Positions 1-7,770 of a stretch of 39,862 nt of DNA are shown here, in pieces. The stretch is taken from assembly GCA_947581745.1 (NCBI GenBank), contig CANPVW010000255.1, positions 1 through 39,862 of the forward strand, read 5' to 3'. Under the pieces are notes generated by a model. That model did no database searches, had not been told where the DNA came from, and saw only the letters and a list, made by a program, of their open reading frames with translations. Positions within the stretch are counted from its first letter, which is position 1, and every line of letters starts with the position of its first letter. The stretch is from Candidatus Benthicola azotiphorus. Lineage in GTDB: Bacteria; Gemmatimonadota; Gemmatimonadetes; Palauibacterales; Palauibacteraceae. The position numbers and the translations under genes were made by a program.

Positions 1-1
1 G

Positions 2-1771
2 GACCGCGCGATGGCTGCGGCCGAAGGCCTCGGGAGGCACCCGTCGGTGTGGCGTGACTCCACGTTCACCGAGCTGGCGGGGGCGCTCTTCGCCACCGGC
101 GACACGACCAGGGCGCTGACGATGGCCGACTCGCTGAGCCGGCCCGCGCGGGCGATGCTCGCGGGCAGGTGGCTCATCCCCGCGTACGCGGCCCGCGGCG
201 ACACCTCGAAGGCCCGCCGCGAGGCGGAGGCGTCCCTGCGGTATGGAGGCGTGGGCCCCGAGGCCGGGGCCTTTCTGCTGGCGCTGGATTCATCCGTCTC
301 GAATCTCCGTCGGATCGCCGAGGTCGAGGTCCGGGAGGGACGCACCGGCCGCGCGGTCGAGCTCCTGCAGGCGGCCGTGGGCTCGGCGGACGACGAGGAA
401 CTGCCGGACCTGACGATGGAGCTGGCGGAGGCGCTGTTCGCGGATCGCCAGTACGTCGCCGTGCCCCGCCTGCTCGGTCCCTGGATCGGGAACCGGGCCG
501 ACGACGCCGACCGCCGGTCGGATGCGAAGCTCGAGCAGCGGATGCGCTTCCTGGCGGGGCGCGCGCTGTATCGAAGGGGTCTGCGCGACGACGCGACCGC
601 CCTGTGGAAGATCGTCGTCGCCGATCCGGTCGCGCCGGACGGCCCGTACGCCGCCTTTCTGCTGGCCGACATCGAGCACGACAGGGGCCGGCTGGAATCG
701 GCCCGTTCGGCCTACGAGGAAGCGGTGGCCCGCTTTCCGCGTTCCAGCTACGCCGGGGACGCCCTGATCCGCCTCGGGATGATCGACCTCGTCGAGCTGC
801 GCCCCGAGCAGGCCGTGGAGCACTTCGACGCCTACCGGCGCCGGTTCCCCGGAGGAAACTGGTACGGCGCCTCCACGTTCTGGGCGGCCCGGGCGCGGGA
901 TGCCGCGGGAGACAGCGCCAGTGCCCGGGTGCTGTATCGTCAGGTGCTCGGCGAGGACCCGGTCGGCTTCTACGGCATCGAGGCGGCCCTGTGGCTCGGC
1001 GTCGAACCGTGGGACTATCTCGAGATCCGGCCGGCGCCGCCCGCGCGCCTCAGGCAGGACCACGCCGCCCTGCTCGACCGGATGGGCCGGCTCCGGTCGG
1101 TCGGCTGGAAGGGGAGAGCGCTGCGGGAGCTGTCCTCGCGGACGGGCCCGCGGGAGTCGCGCGAGGACCGGCTCGCGCTCGCGATCGGATTGAACGAGAT
1201 CGGCTTCACGTGGCAGGGCACTTCGATCGCGTGGGGCGTGCTGGCCGCCCGGTCGGGGATCTGGAGCGAGGACCTGCTGCGAGCCGTGTATCCCCTCGTC
1301 TACGCCCCCGTCCTCATGGAACGGGCCGAAGCGGAGAGACTGGACCGTCCACTCGTGGCAGCGCTCATTCGCCGCGAGTCGCAATTCGACCGGGACGTGG
1401 TCTCGGGCGCGGGAGCGACCGGGCTGATGCAGCTGATGCCGGCGACGGGCGCCGAAGTGGCGCGGCGCATCAGACTCACCGAGTACGACTCGAGACAGCT
1501 GGTGGTGCCGGAGGTCAACATGGCCGTCGGGAGCCGGTATCTGCGGGAGCTTCTCGAGCGGCGCGACGGCGCCCTGGTCCCGGCGCTCATCTCGTACAAC
1601 GCGGGGCCGCACCGGTATACCTCGTGGCGGCAATTTCCGGAATTCTCGGCCAGCACGGACCTGATGATCGACCGCATCCCGTTCAGCGAGACTCGGCGGT
1701 ACGTGAAGGCGATTCTGTCCTATCGCTACATCTACTCGAAGCTGTACGACCTGGGTGCCGAATCTGGTTGA
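2..1771 (+). CDS. Slt-type soluble lytic murein transglycosylase (helical/TPR-like N-region plus SLT catalytic domain). Possibly 5'-truncated by the window edge.
   Basis: The frame stays open from base 2, with no stop before the first ATG at 11. SLT-domain motifs are present in the translation: RRESQFDRDVVSGAGATGLMQLMP and SYNAGP. The long repeat-like helical N-terminal part is typical of Slt70-type enzymes. Confidence 0.8.
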   Translation, partial: DRAMAAAEGLGRHPSVWRDSTFTELAGALFATGDTTRALTMADSLSRPARAMLAGRWLIPAYAARGDTSKARREAEASLRYGGVGPEAGAFLLALDSSVSNLRRIAEVEVREGRTGRAVELLQAAVGSADDEELPDLTMELAEALFADRQYVAVPRLLGPWIGNRADDADRRSDAKLEQRMRFLAGRALYRRGLRDDATALWKIVVADPVAPDGPYAAFLLADIEHDRGRLESARSAYEEAVARFPRSSYAGDALIRLGMIDLVELRPEQAVEHFDAYRRRFPGGNWYGASTFWAARARDAAGDSASARVLYRQVLGEDPVGFYGIEAALWLGVEPWDYLEIRPAPPARLRQDHAALLDRMGRLRSVGWKGRALRELSSRTGPRESREDRLALAIGLNEIGFTWQGTSIAWGVLAARSGIWSEDLLRAVYPLVYAPVLMERAEAERLDRPLVAALIRRESQFDRDVVSGAGATGLMQLMPATGAEVARRIRLTEYDSRQLVVPEVNMAVGSRYLRELLERRDGALVPALISYNAGPHRYTSWRQFPEFSASTDLMIDRIPFSETRRYVKAILSYRYIYSKLYDLGAESG

Positions 1772-1796
1772 CTCGATCTTGACGGAGGGGTAGGAT
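1768..1796 (+). promoter_or_regulatory. Candidate sigma-70-type promoter for the cold-shock gene: TTGACT-N17-TAGGAT
   Basis: TTGACT at 1768-1773, a 17-nt spacer, then TAGGAT at 1791-1796. This leaves a leader of about 60 nt before the ATG at 1865. The -35 element overlaps the slt stop codon. Confidence 0.5.
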
Positions 1797-1864
1797 CAAC
1801 CGTATGGGGCACCGCCCCTGGTGCTCCGCCGTGCTGGCGTTTCTTCTCATCAGGAGGGCACCGA

Positions 1865-2065
1865 ATGTCCAGAGGCAAGGTCAAGTGGTTCCACGATGCG
1901 AAGGGGTATGGCTTCATTGAGCTCGAGGACGGGAAGGACGTCTTCGTGCACTACAGCGCCATCAACATCGAGGGCTACAAGACCCTGGCCGAGGGCCAGG
2001 AGGTGGAGTTCGAGCTCACCGACGGCGACAAGGGGCCACGCGCCGCCAACGTCACGCGGCTGTAG
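1865..2065 (+). CDS. cspA: Cold-shock protein (CspA family, single cold-shock domain)
   Basis: 66 aa. Contains [16 protein letters not shown] (RNP1-like) and DVFVHYSAI (RNP2-like) motifs. AGGAGG lies 7 nt upstream of the ATG. Confidence 0.95.
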   Translation: MSRGKVKWFHDAKGYGFIELEDGKDVFVHYSAINIEGYKTLAEGQEVEFELTDGDKGPRAANVTRL

Positions 2066-2095
2066 ACTCGCTCCCCTTCCCTAGAAGCTGCTCGC

Positions 2096-2125
2096 GGCGC
2101 CCCGGCCGATCCGGCTCGGGGCGCC
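2096..2125 (+). terminator. GC-rich hairpin downstream of the csp gene (candidate terminator without a U-tract)
   Basis: GGCGCCCCG (2096-2104) pairs with CGGGGCGCC (2117-2125). An inner GCCG/CGGC extension follows, with one bulge and a 3-nt loop. No T-run follows the hairpin. Confidence 0.4.
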
Positions 2126-2165
2126 GGCGCATCGAAGATCCTCACGACCCGTCCGAGCCGCCGAA

Positions 2166-5000
2166 GTGACCGAACAGCCGCACGAGCCGACCCTGTACCT
2201 GCTGGACGGACACGCGCTCATCTACAGGGCGTTCTTCGCCATGATCAGCCGGCCGCTCACCACGTCGAGCGGGGAGAACACGTCCGCTCCGTTCGGCCTG
2301 GCCCGTTTTCTCATCCGGCTGATGGAAGACCACCACCCCGACTACGTGGGCCTCGTGCTCGATGCCGGGGACAGCTACCGCACCGAAGTGTTTCCCGACT
2401 ACAAGGCGACCCGGGAGAAGATGCCGGACGAGATGGCCGCCTCGCTGCCCCGGGTGCGCGACATCGTGGAAGCCTTCCGCGTCCCGGTGATCGAAATCGA
2501 CGGGTGGGAAGCCGACGACGTGATCGGGACGCTGGCCCGACAGGCGGCGGCGCAGGGCGTCCGGACCGTGATCGTGTCGGGGGACAAGGATTTCTATCAA
2601 CTCATCGATGAGATGACGCATCTCCTCAACCCGGGCCGCGGCGGGCCGGCGGGGGTGGACGAGGAACGCGTGACGCCGGAGAACGCGTCTGAGCGCCTGG
2701 GAGTCGCGCCCGAGCACGTGACCGACTACCTGGCGCTGATCGGGGACTCGTCGGACAACGTGCCCGGGGTGAAGGGCATCGGGAAGAAGACGGCCCCCGG
2801 CCTGATCGAGACGTACGGCGGCCTCGAACAGATCCTGGCGCACGCGGGCGAGATCGAAGGCAAGCGGGTCAGGAACGCCCTGCTCGAGCACCCGGACGAG
2901 GCCAGGCTGTCGAAGGACCTGGTGACGATCCGACTGGACGCGCCGGTCGAACTGGACCTCGATGCGCTGTCGCGCAGCGAGCCCGACCGCGAGCGCCTGA
3001 GGCAGATCTTCCTCGAGCTGGAGTTCCATACCCTGGCCCGCGACTGGGCCCCGGAGACGACGCCTCCGCCCGCAGACGTGACGGTGTCCACGCAGGCGGA
3101 CGGCACGCCGCCCGTCGAGGAGTCGGCGGAGGGTCCGGCCTACGAGCTCGTGACCGACTCGAAACGGATCCCGGCCGTGGTGCGGACGATGCGAGCCGCC
3201 GGCACGATCGCGGTCGATACGGAAACGACAGGCACCGACCCGATGCGAGCCGGCCTGGTCGGCGTCTCGCTGTCCGCCGGGGAAGGAAGGGCGTACTACC
3301 TGGCGTTCGCACACCGTCCCGCCTCGGTGGCCACGGACGCCGAGGGCAACCCGGTCCTCATGCTGGACTCGGTGGAGCATGTCCCCAACCTCCCGCCGAT
3401 CACATCGCCGGTTCTCGCTCCGCTCCGGGAACTGCTCGCCGATGCCGGGGTGAGAAAGGTCGGCCACAACATCAAGTACGACATGCTGATCCTCGAGCGG
3501 GCGGGCGCGCCCCTCGACGGCGTGTACTTCGACACCTCGCTCGCGTCATACGTGCTCGATCCGGGGAAGCGCCAGCACGGCCTGGACCTGCTGGCACTGG
3601 ACCGCTTCCAGGTGAAGCTGACGTCGTACTCCGAGGTGGCCGGGTCGGGGCGGAGCGAGATCCCGTTCGCCGAGGTGCCGCTGGACGTCGCGACCGCGTA
3701 CTCGGGCGAGGACGCGGACTACACCCTGCGCCTTTACGGGCGGTTGAAGGAGGAGCTCGAAGCGCACTCGATGCTCGATCTCCTCGAGGACATCGAGATG
3801 CCTCTCGTGCCGGTGCTCGCGGACATGGAGAGAACCGGCGTCCGCATCGACCTCGAGTTCTTCGACGCGTTGCGGGAGCGCTTCACGCGCGAAATCGCGC
3901 AGGTGGAAGAGGAGATCTACAAGCTGGCGGGCGGCGAGGTGAACCTCCGTTCGGTCCCGCAGATGCGGGAGCTGCTGTTCGACCGACTGGAACTGCCCGT
4001 GATCCGGAAGACGAAGACGGGTCCCTCCACCGATGAGAGCGTGCTGAGCGAGCTGGCCGCCGAAGGCCACCAGATCCCGCGCCTCATCCTCGAGTATCGC
4101 GAGCTCGACAAGCTCGATGGGACGTACGTGTCCAAGCTCCCGGCCCTGGTGAATCCCGCCACGGGGCGCATACACACCACCTTCAACCAGACGGTGGCGG
4201 CGACCGGTCGGCTGTCGTCGTCCGATCCGAACCTGCAGAACATCCCAGTTCGAACCGTGCTCGGCCGGGAGATCCGGAAGGGTTTCGTGCCGGCGGACGG
4301 CTACCTGTTCCTGTCCGCCGACTACTCGCAGATCGAGCTCCGCGTCCTGGCCCACCTGTCGGAGGACCCGGCGTTCGTCGAGGCCTTCCGGGCCGACCGT
4401 GACATTCACCGCGAGACGGCGGCCCGCATCTTCGGCGTGCAGCCGGACGCCGTGAACGGTGGGATGCGCGACCAGGCGAAGACGATCAACTTCGCGACGA
4501 TCTACGGACAGGGACCGGTGGCGCTGGCAGGACAGCTGGGGATCAGCCGCACGCAGGCGGACCATTTCATCGCGAGTTACTTCGAGCGCTTCGCGGGGGT
4601 GCGACGCTACCTGGATGAGATGAAGGACCAGGCCCGGGAGAAGGGGTACGTCGAGACTCTGAGCGGACGGCGCCGCTACATCCCCGAGATCCGCTCCCGC
4701 AATCCCGGCGTGCGGGGTTTCGGAGAGCGGCTGGCCACGAATTCGCCGATCCAGGGAACGGCGGCGGACCTGATCAAGATCGCGATGATCCGACTGCACG
4801 AGCGCCTCGTCTCGAGCGGGACAGGCGCGCGCATGCTCCTGCAGGTGCACGACGAGCTCCTGCTCGAGGTTCCCGAGACCGCCGTGGATCTGGCTCGCGC
4901 GGCCGTGCGCGAGGAGATGGAGGGGGCAATCGAGCTCGACGTGCCGCTCAAGGTGGACATCGGGACCGGCCGCAGCTGGTACGAGAGCAAGGGCGGGTAG
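2166..5000 (+). CDS. polA: DNA polymerase I
   Basis: 944 aa with a GTG start. Contains a 5'-nuclease N-domain (LLDGHALIYRAFFA), the 3'-5' exonuclease ExoI motif AVDTETTG, and polymerase motifs DYSQIELRVLAH, RDQAKTINFATIYG and LQVHDELLLE. Confidence 0.97.
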   Translation: MTEQPHEPTLYLLDGHALIYRAFFAMISRPLTTSSGENTSAPFGLARFLIRLMEDHHPDYVGLVLDAGDSYRTEVFPDYKATREKMPDEMAASLPRVRDIVEAFRVPVIEIDGWEADDVIGTLARQAAAQGVRTVIVSGDKDFYQLIDEMTHLLNPGRGGPAGVDEERVTPENASERLGVAPEHVTDYLALIGDSSDNVPGVKGIGKKTAPGLIETYGGLEQILAHAGEIEGKRVRNALLEHPDEARLSKDLVTIRLDAPVELDLDALSRSEPDRERLRQIFLELEFHTLARDWAPETTPPPADVTVSTQADGTPPVEESAEGPAYELVTDSKRIPAVVRTMRAAGTIAVDTETTGTDPMRAGLVGVSLSAGEGRAYYLAFAHRPASVATDAEGNPVLMLDSVEHVPNLPPITSPVLAPLRELLADAGVRKVGHNIKYDMLILERAGAPLDGVYFDTSLASYVLDPGKRQHGLDLLALDRFQVKLTSYSEVAGSGRSEIPFAEVPLDVATAYSGEDADYTLRLYGRLKEELEAHSMLDLLEDIEMPLVPVLADMERTGVRIDLEFFDALRERFTREIAQVEEEIYKLAGGEVNLRSVPQMRELLFDRLELPVIRKTKTGPSTDESVLSELAAEGHQIPRLILEYRELDKLDGTYVSKLPALVNPATGRIHTTFNQTVAATGRLSSSDPNLQNIPVRTVLGREIRKGFVPADGYLFLSADYSQIELRVLAHLSEDPAFVEAFRADRDIHRETAARIFGVQPDAVNGGMRDQAKTINFATIYGQGPVALAGQLGISRTQADHFIASYFERFAGVRRYLDEMKDQAREKGYVETLSGRRRYIPEIRSRNPGVRGFGERLATNSPIQGTAADLIKIAMIRLHERLVSSGTGARMLLQVHDELLLEVPETAVDLARAAVREEMEGAIELDVPLKVDIGTGRSWYESKGG

Positions 5001-5366
5001 GTGAGCTCGATCAGACGCAACCGCGGTCTCGTGTACTCGACCGATGCGGGCCGGACGTGTCCGGACTGCCGCCGGCCGGTGGTGGAATGCCGGTGCCGGG
5101 AGAAGGCCGCAGTCGCTCCGGCCGGCGACGGCAACGTCCGGGTCGGTCGCCAGACGAAGGGCCGCAAGGGCAAGGGAGTGACCGTGATCACCGGCCTGCC
5201 GCTCCGACCGGCCGAGCTGGACGACCTCGCCCGTCAGCTCAAGAGGAAATGCGGCTCGGGCGGGACGGTGCGCGACGGGGCGATCGAGATCCAGGGCGAG
5301 CACCGCGATACCCTGGTAGAGGAGCTCACCCGCCGGGGCTTCCGCGTCCGGCGATCGGGCGGCTGA
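5001..5366 (+). CDS. yciH: SUI1/eIF1-family translation initiation inhibitor YciH
   Basis: 121 aa. LVYSTDAGR...GDGNVRVGRQTKGRKGKGVTVITGL...LKRKCGSGGTVRDGAIEIQGEHRD aligns along its whole length with my memory of E. coli YciH. The GTG start directly abuts the polA TAG stop. Confidence 0.9.
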   Translation: MSSIRRNRGLVYSTDAGRTCPDCRRPVVECRCREKAAVAPAGDGNVRVGRQTKGRKGKGVTVITGLPLRPAELDDLARQLKRKCGSGGTVRDGAIEIQGEHRDTLVEELTRRGFRVRRSGG

Positions 5367-5375
5367 ACGACCGGG

Positions 5376-6497
5376 TCAGCGCTCGCCCTTCTCCCCGTTC
5401 TTGATCTCCTCGACTTTGGCCGCGAGCCGGTCGCGCTCCTTCTCCAGCCGGAGGAGGCGGGCCTCCAGCTCGCGCTGGATGTCCTCGGGCGCTTCCTTGA
5501 GCTCCGCCTTGAGCGTCTCCATCTCCTCCGAGACGCGGTTCATCTTCTCCCTCAGGCCCTCGGCCTCCTCGGCTTCCTCGGCCTTGTCGAACAAGATGTC
5601 CTCGGGAGCGGGCGCTTCCCCGACGGGCCGCTTCCGCAGTTTCGGCACGGGGTCCGGAATGAACTTCCGATCAGGCTCCTGCGGACGCGTGTTCATGAAG
5701 GTGGGACTGACGATCTCCACTCCTCCGCCGTGCAGGGCGTCCAGCATCTCGCCCCGCAGGCGGGATCGGGCGGTGATCAGAGACTTCACCTCGGTCAGAA
5801 GCCCGGCGATCCGGTAGGTGACGGAGAAGTCCCCGAGGTCGACGGTCGTCACGAACGCGTCTTCAAGCTCCGCCTTCATGGCCGCCTGCAGGAGGAGCTT
5901 CTCGATCCGCGCCCGGGGGATGTCATAACCGAGGGACACGGTCGCCGCTACGATCGTCCCCGAAGCGCGCATCGTGGTCACGGGGTTGGTCACGAGGAAC
6001 AGGTTGGGGAGCGTGGTGAGGTTCCGCTCCTCTGTCTGGATCTCCGTGTGGAACAGACCCCGGTCCGAAACCCTCCCGAAGTGCTCTCCGACTGCGATGA
6101 AGTCTCCCATGCGGAAATTCCGCACGGCCCTCAGCATGATTCCCGCCATCATGTTCCCGAGGAACGTGGTGGACGAGAGGGCGATCCCCGCGCTCAGCAC
6201 GATGCCGATCAGGCTGAGGATCTGCGCCCGCAGTGCGTCTCCGATCGGGAGGACGAGGACGACCAGCAGGAGGCCGAAAGCCGTGACGCCGAGGAGGATG
6301 AGCTGATTGCGCGTCTTGTGACGGGAAGAGGGATCCGAAGTCCGCTCGAGCCACCTGCGGAGGACGACCGCCAGGGTGATGACCAGAAAGAGAGTGAATG
6401 CCGACGGCACCAGGGAGAGCAATCCGTTGACCATGTCCACGAACGACGGAAGCTCCAGCACCGGAGCCGATTGCGACGCGATGAAGACGATGAGCAC
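5376..6497 (-). CDS. MscS-family mechanosensitive ion channel with a C-terminal charged coiled-coil tail
   Basis: 373 aa with a GTG start. Has N-terminal hydrophobic helices and an MscS-like core (NFRMGDFIAVGEHFGRVSDRGLFHTEIQTEERNLTTLPN). The C-terminus is rich in Glu, Lys and Arg. Confidence 0.8.
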   Translation of the reverse strand: MLIVFIASQSAPVLELPSFVDMVNGLLSLVPSAFTLFLVITLAVVLRRWLERTSDPSSRHKTRNQLILLGVTAFGLLLVVLVLPIGDALRAQILSLIGIVLSAGIALSSTTFLGNMMAGIMLRAVRNFRMGDFIAVGEHFGRVSDRGLFHTEIQTEERNLTTLPNLFLVTNPVTTMRASGTIVAATVSLGYDIPRARIEKLLLQAAMKAELEDAFVTTVDLGDFSVTYRIAGLLTEVKSLITARSRLRGEMLDALHGGGVEIVSPTFMNTRPQEPDRKFIPDPVPKLRKRPVGEAPAPEDILFDKAEEAEEAEGLREKMNRVSEEMETLKAELKEAPEDIQRELEARLLRLEKERDRLAAKVEEIKNGEKGER

Positions 6498-6676
6498 CTC
6501 GGAGTCCTCGCATGGGTGCGGTATCGAGCCGGCCCACGAGCCGGCGGTACTCCTCGAAGGGAACGCGAACCCACCGGTTGCGTCAACTCCGAATCGGAGA
6601 TCGGCCTTCCCATGTCGTCGTTTGTGGTTACGATGTACGGGTCGGCTGCAAGCGAACCCAACTCCGGAGGCATCCC

Positions 6677-7237
6677 ATGGTCCCGATTCTGTCGCTCTGG
6701 CTCCCGATCCTCGTCGCGGGAGTGCTGGTGTTCGTCGCGAGCTCGCTCATCCACATGGTCCTCGGCTACCACAACAGCGACTTCTCGGGAGTCCCGAACG
6801 AAGCGGGTCTGATGGACGCCCTTCGGCCGTTCAACCTGTCGCCCGGGGAGTACATCTTCCCGAAGTGCGACAGCATGAAGCAGATGGGCGAGCCGGAGTT
6901 CGTGGCGAAGATGGAAAAAGGCCCGATGGCCTTCATGACGGTTCTGCCGAACGGCACTCCCAAGATGGGAGGGCAGCTGCTTCAGTGGTTCGTCTACTCG
7001 CTCATCGTCGGCGTGTTCGCCGCCTACATCGCGAGCCGGGCCGTCGGCCCGAGTCCCGAGTACCTGGACGTCTTCCGGTTCACGGGCGCCACGGCCTTCT
7101 TCTGCTACACGGTGGCGGGCTGGCAGGCGTCGATCTGGTACAAGCGGGCGTGGAGCACCACCCTGAAGAACACGTTCGACGGGCTGGTCTACGCGCTGTT
7201 GACGGCCGGTGTCTTCGGGTGGCTGTGGCCGAGTTGA
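6677..7237 (+). CDS. Hypothetical integral membrane protein (about 4 hydrophobic segments)
   Basis: The internal ATG at 6677 is preceded by GGAGG (6666-6670). The part of the track ORF upstream of 6677 is Arg-rich with poor codon bias. I do not recognise a family. Confidence 0.6.
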   Translation: MVPILSLWLPILVAGVLVFVASSLIHMVLGYHNSDFSGVPNEAGLMDALRPFNLSPGEYIFPKCDSMKQMGEPEFVAKMEKGPMAFMTVLPNGTPKMGGQLLQWFVYSLIVGVFAAYIASRAVGPSPEYLDVFRFTGATAFFCYTVAGWQASIWYKRAWSTTLKNTFDGLVYALLTAGVFGWLWPS

Positions 7238-7270
7238 GACAGGTCAGGCCCAGCCTCCAGGAGTGAATCG

Positions 7271-7735
7271 ATGCGATCGGAAGCGACGACCGTCGAAGGA
7301 TACCTGGCCGAACTCCCGGATGACCGGCGGACGGCGATCGAGGCCGTGCGACAGGTAATCCTCGACAACCTTCCGGACGGATACGAAGAGGCGATGCACT
7401 GGGGGATGATCAGCTACCAGGTGCCCCTGGCCGACTACCCGGACACGTACAACGGGCAGCCGCTGATGTTCGCGGCGCTGGCCTCGCAGAAGAACCACAT
7501 GGCCGTCTACCTGACGGGAATCTACATCTCGGACGAGGCGAGGGACGAGTTCGAGAGGGCGTACCGGGCGACGGGCAAGCGGTTCGACGCGGGCAAGTCG
7601 TGCGTGCGGTTCCGCAAGCTGGACGACCTGCCCCTCGACCTGATCGGAGAGACGATCTCCTCGGTGCCCGTGGACCGCCTGGTCGCTCGCGCCGAGGAGG
7701 CCGGCTCGATCCGGAAGAGTCGCCGGGCCCAGTAG
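7271..7735 (+). CDS. DUF1801 (YdhG-like) domain protein
   Basis: 154 aa. The N-terminal VEGYLAELPDDRRTAIEAVRQVI and later HMAVYL / GKSCVRF segments resemble the DUF1801 pattern as I remember it. Confidence 0.5.
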   Translation: MRSEATTVEGYLAELPDDRRTAIEAVRQVILDNLPDGYEEAMHWGMISYQVPLADYPDTYNGQPLMFAALASQKNHMAVYLTGIYISDEARDEFERAYRATGKRFDAGKSCVRFRKLDDLPLDLIGETISSVPVDRLVARAEEAGSIRKSRRAQ

Positions 7736-7770
7736 CCGTCCCGAGCGACGACCCGGAGAGGCGCCTCTGT

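Noticed and set aside
169-1782. A 537-aa plus-strand ORF and a 447-aa minus-strand ORF (290..1633) overlapping the transglycosylase gene.
   Set aside because: These are alternative frames of the slt gene with extreme Arg/Gly/Pro content. The SLT motifs identify the true frame.
3546-5303. A 585-aa minus-strand ORF.
   Set aside because: It is antisense to polA and yciH, a mirror-frame artefact.
7757-7768. A 12-bp perfect palindrome AGAGGCGCCTCT between the DUF1801 gene and the Omp85-like gene.
   Set aside because: It is too short and has no loop, so it cannot form a convincing terminator hairpin. It is a single occurrence and plausibly due to chance.
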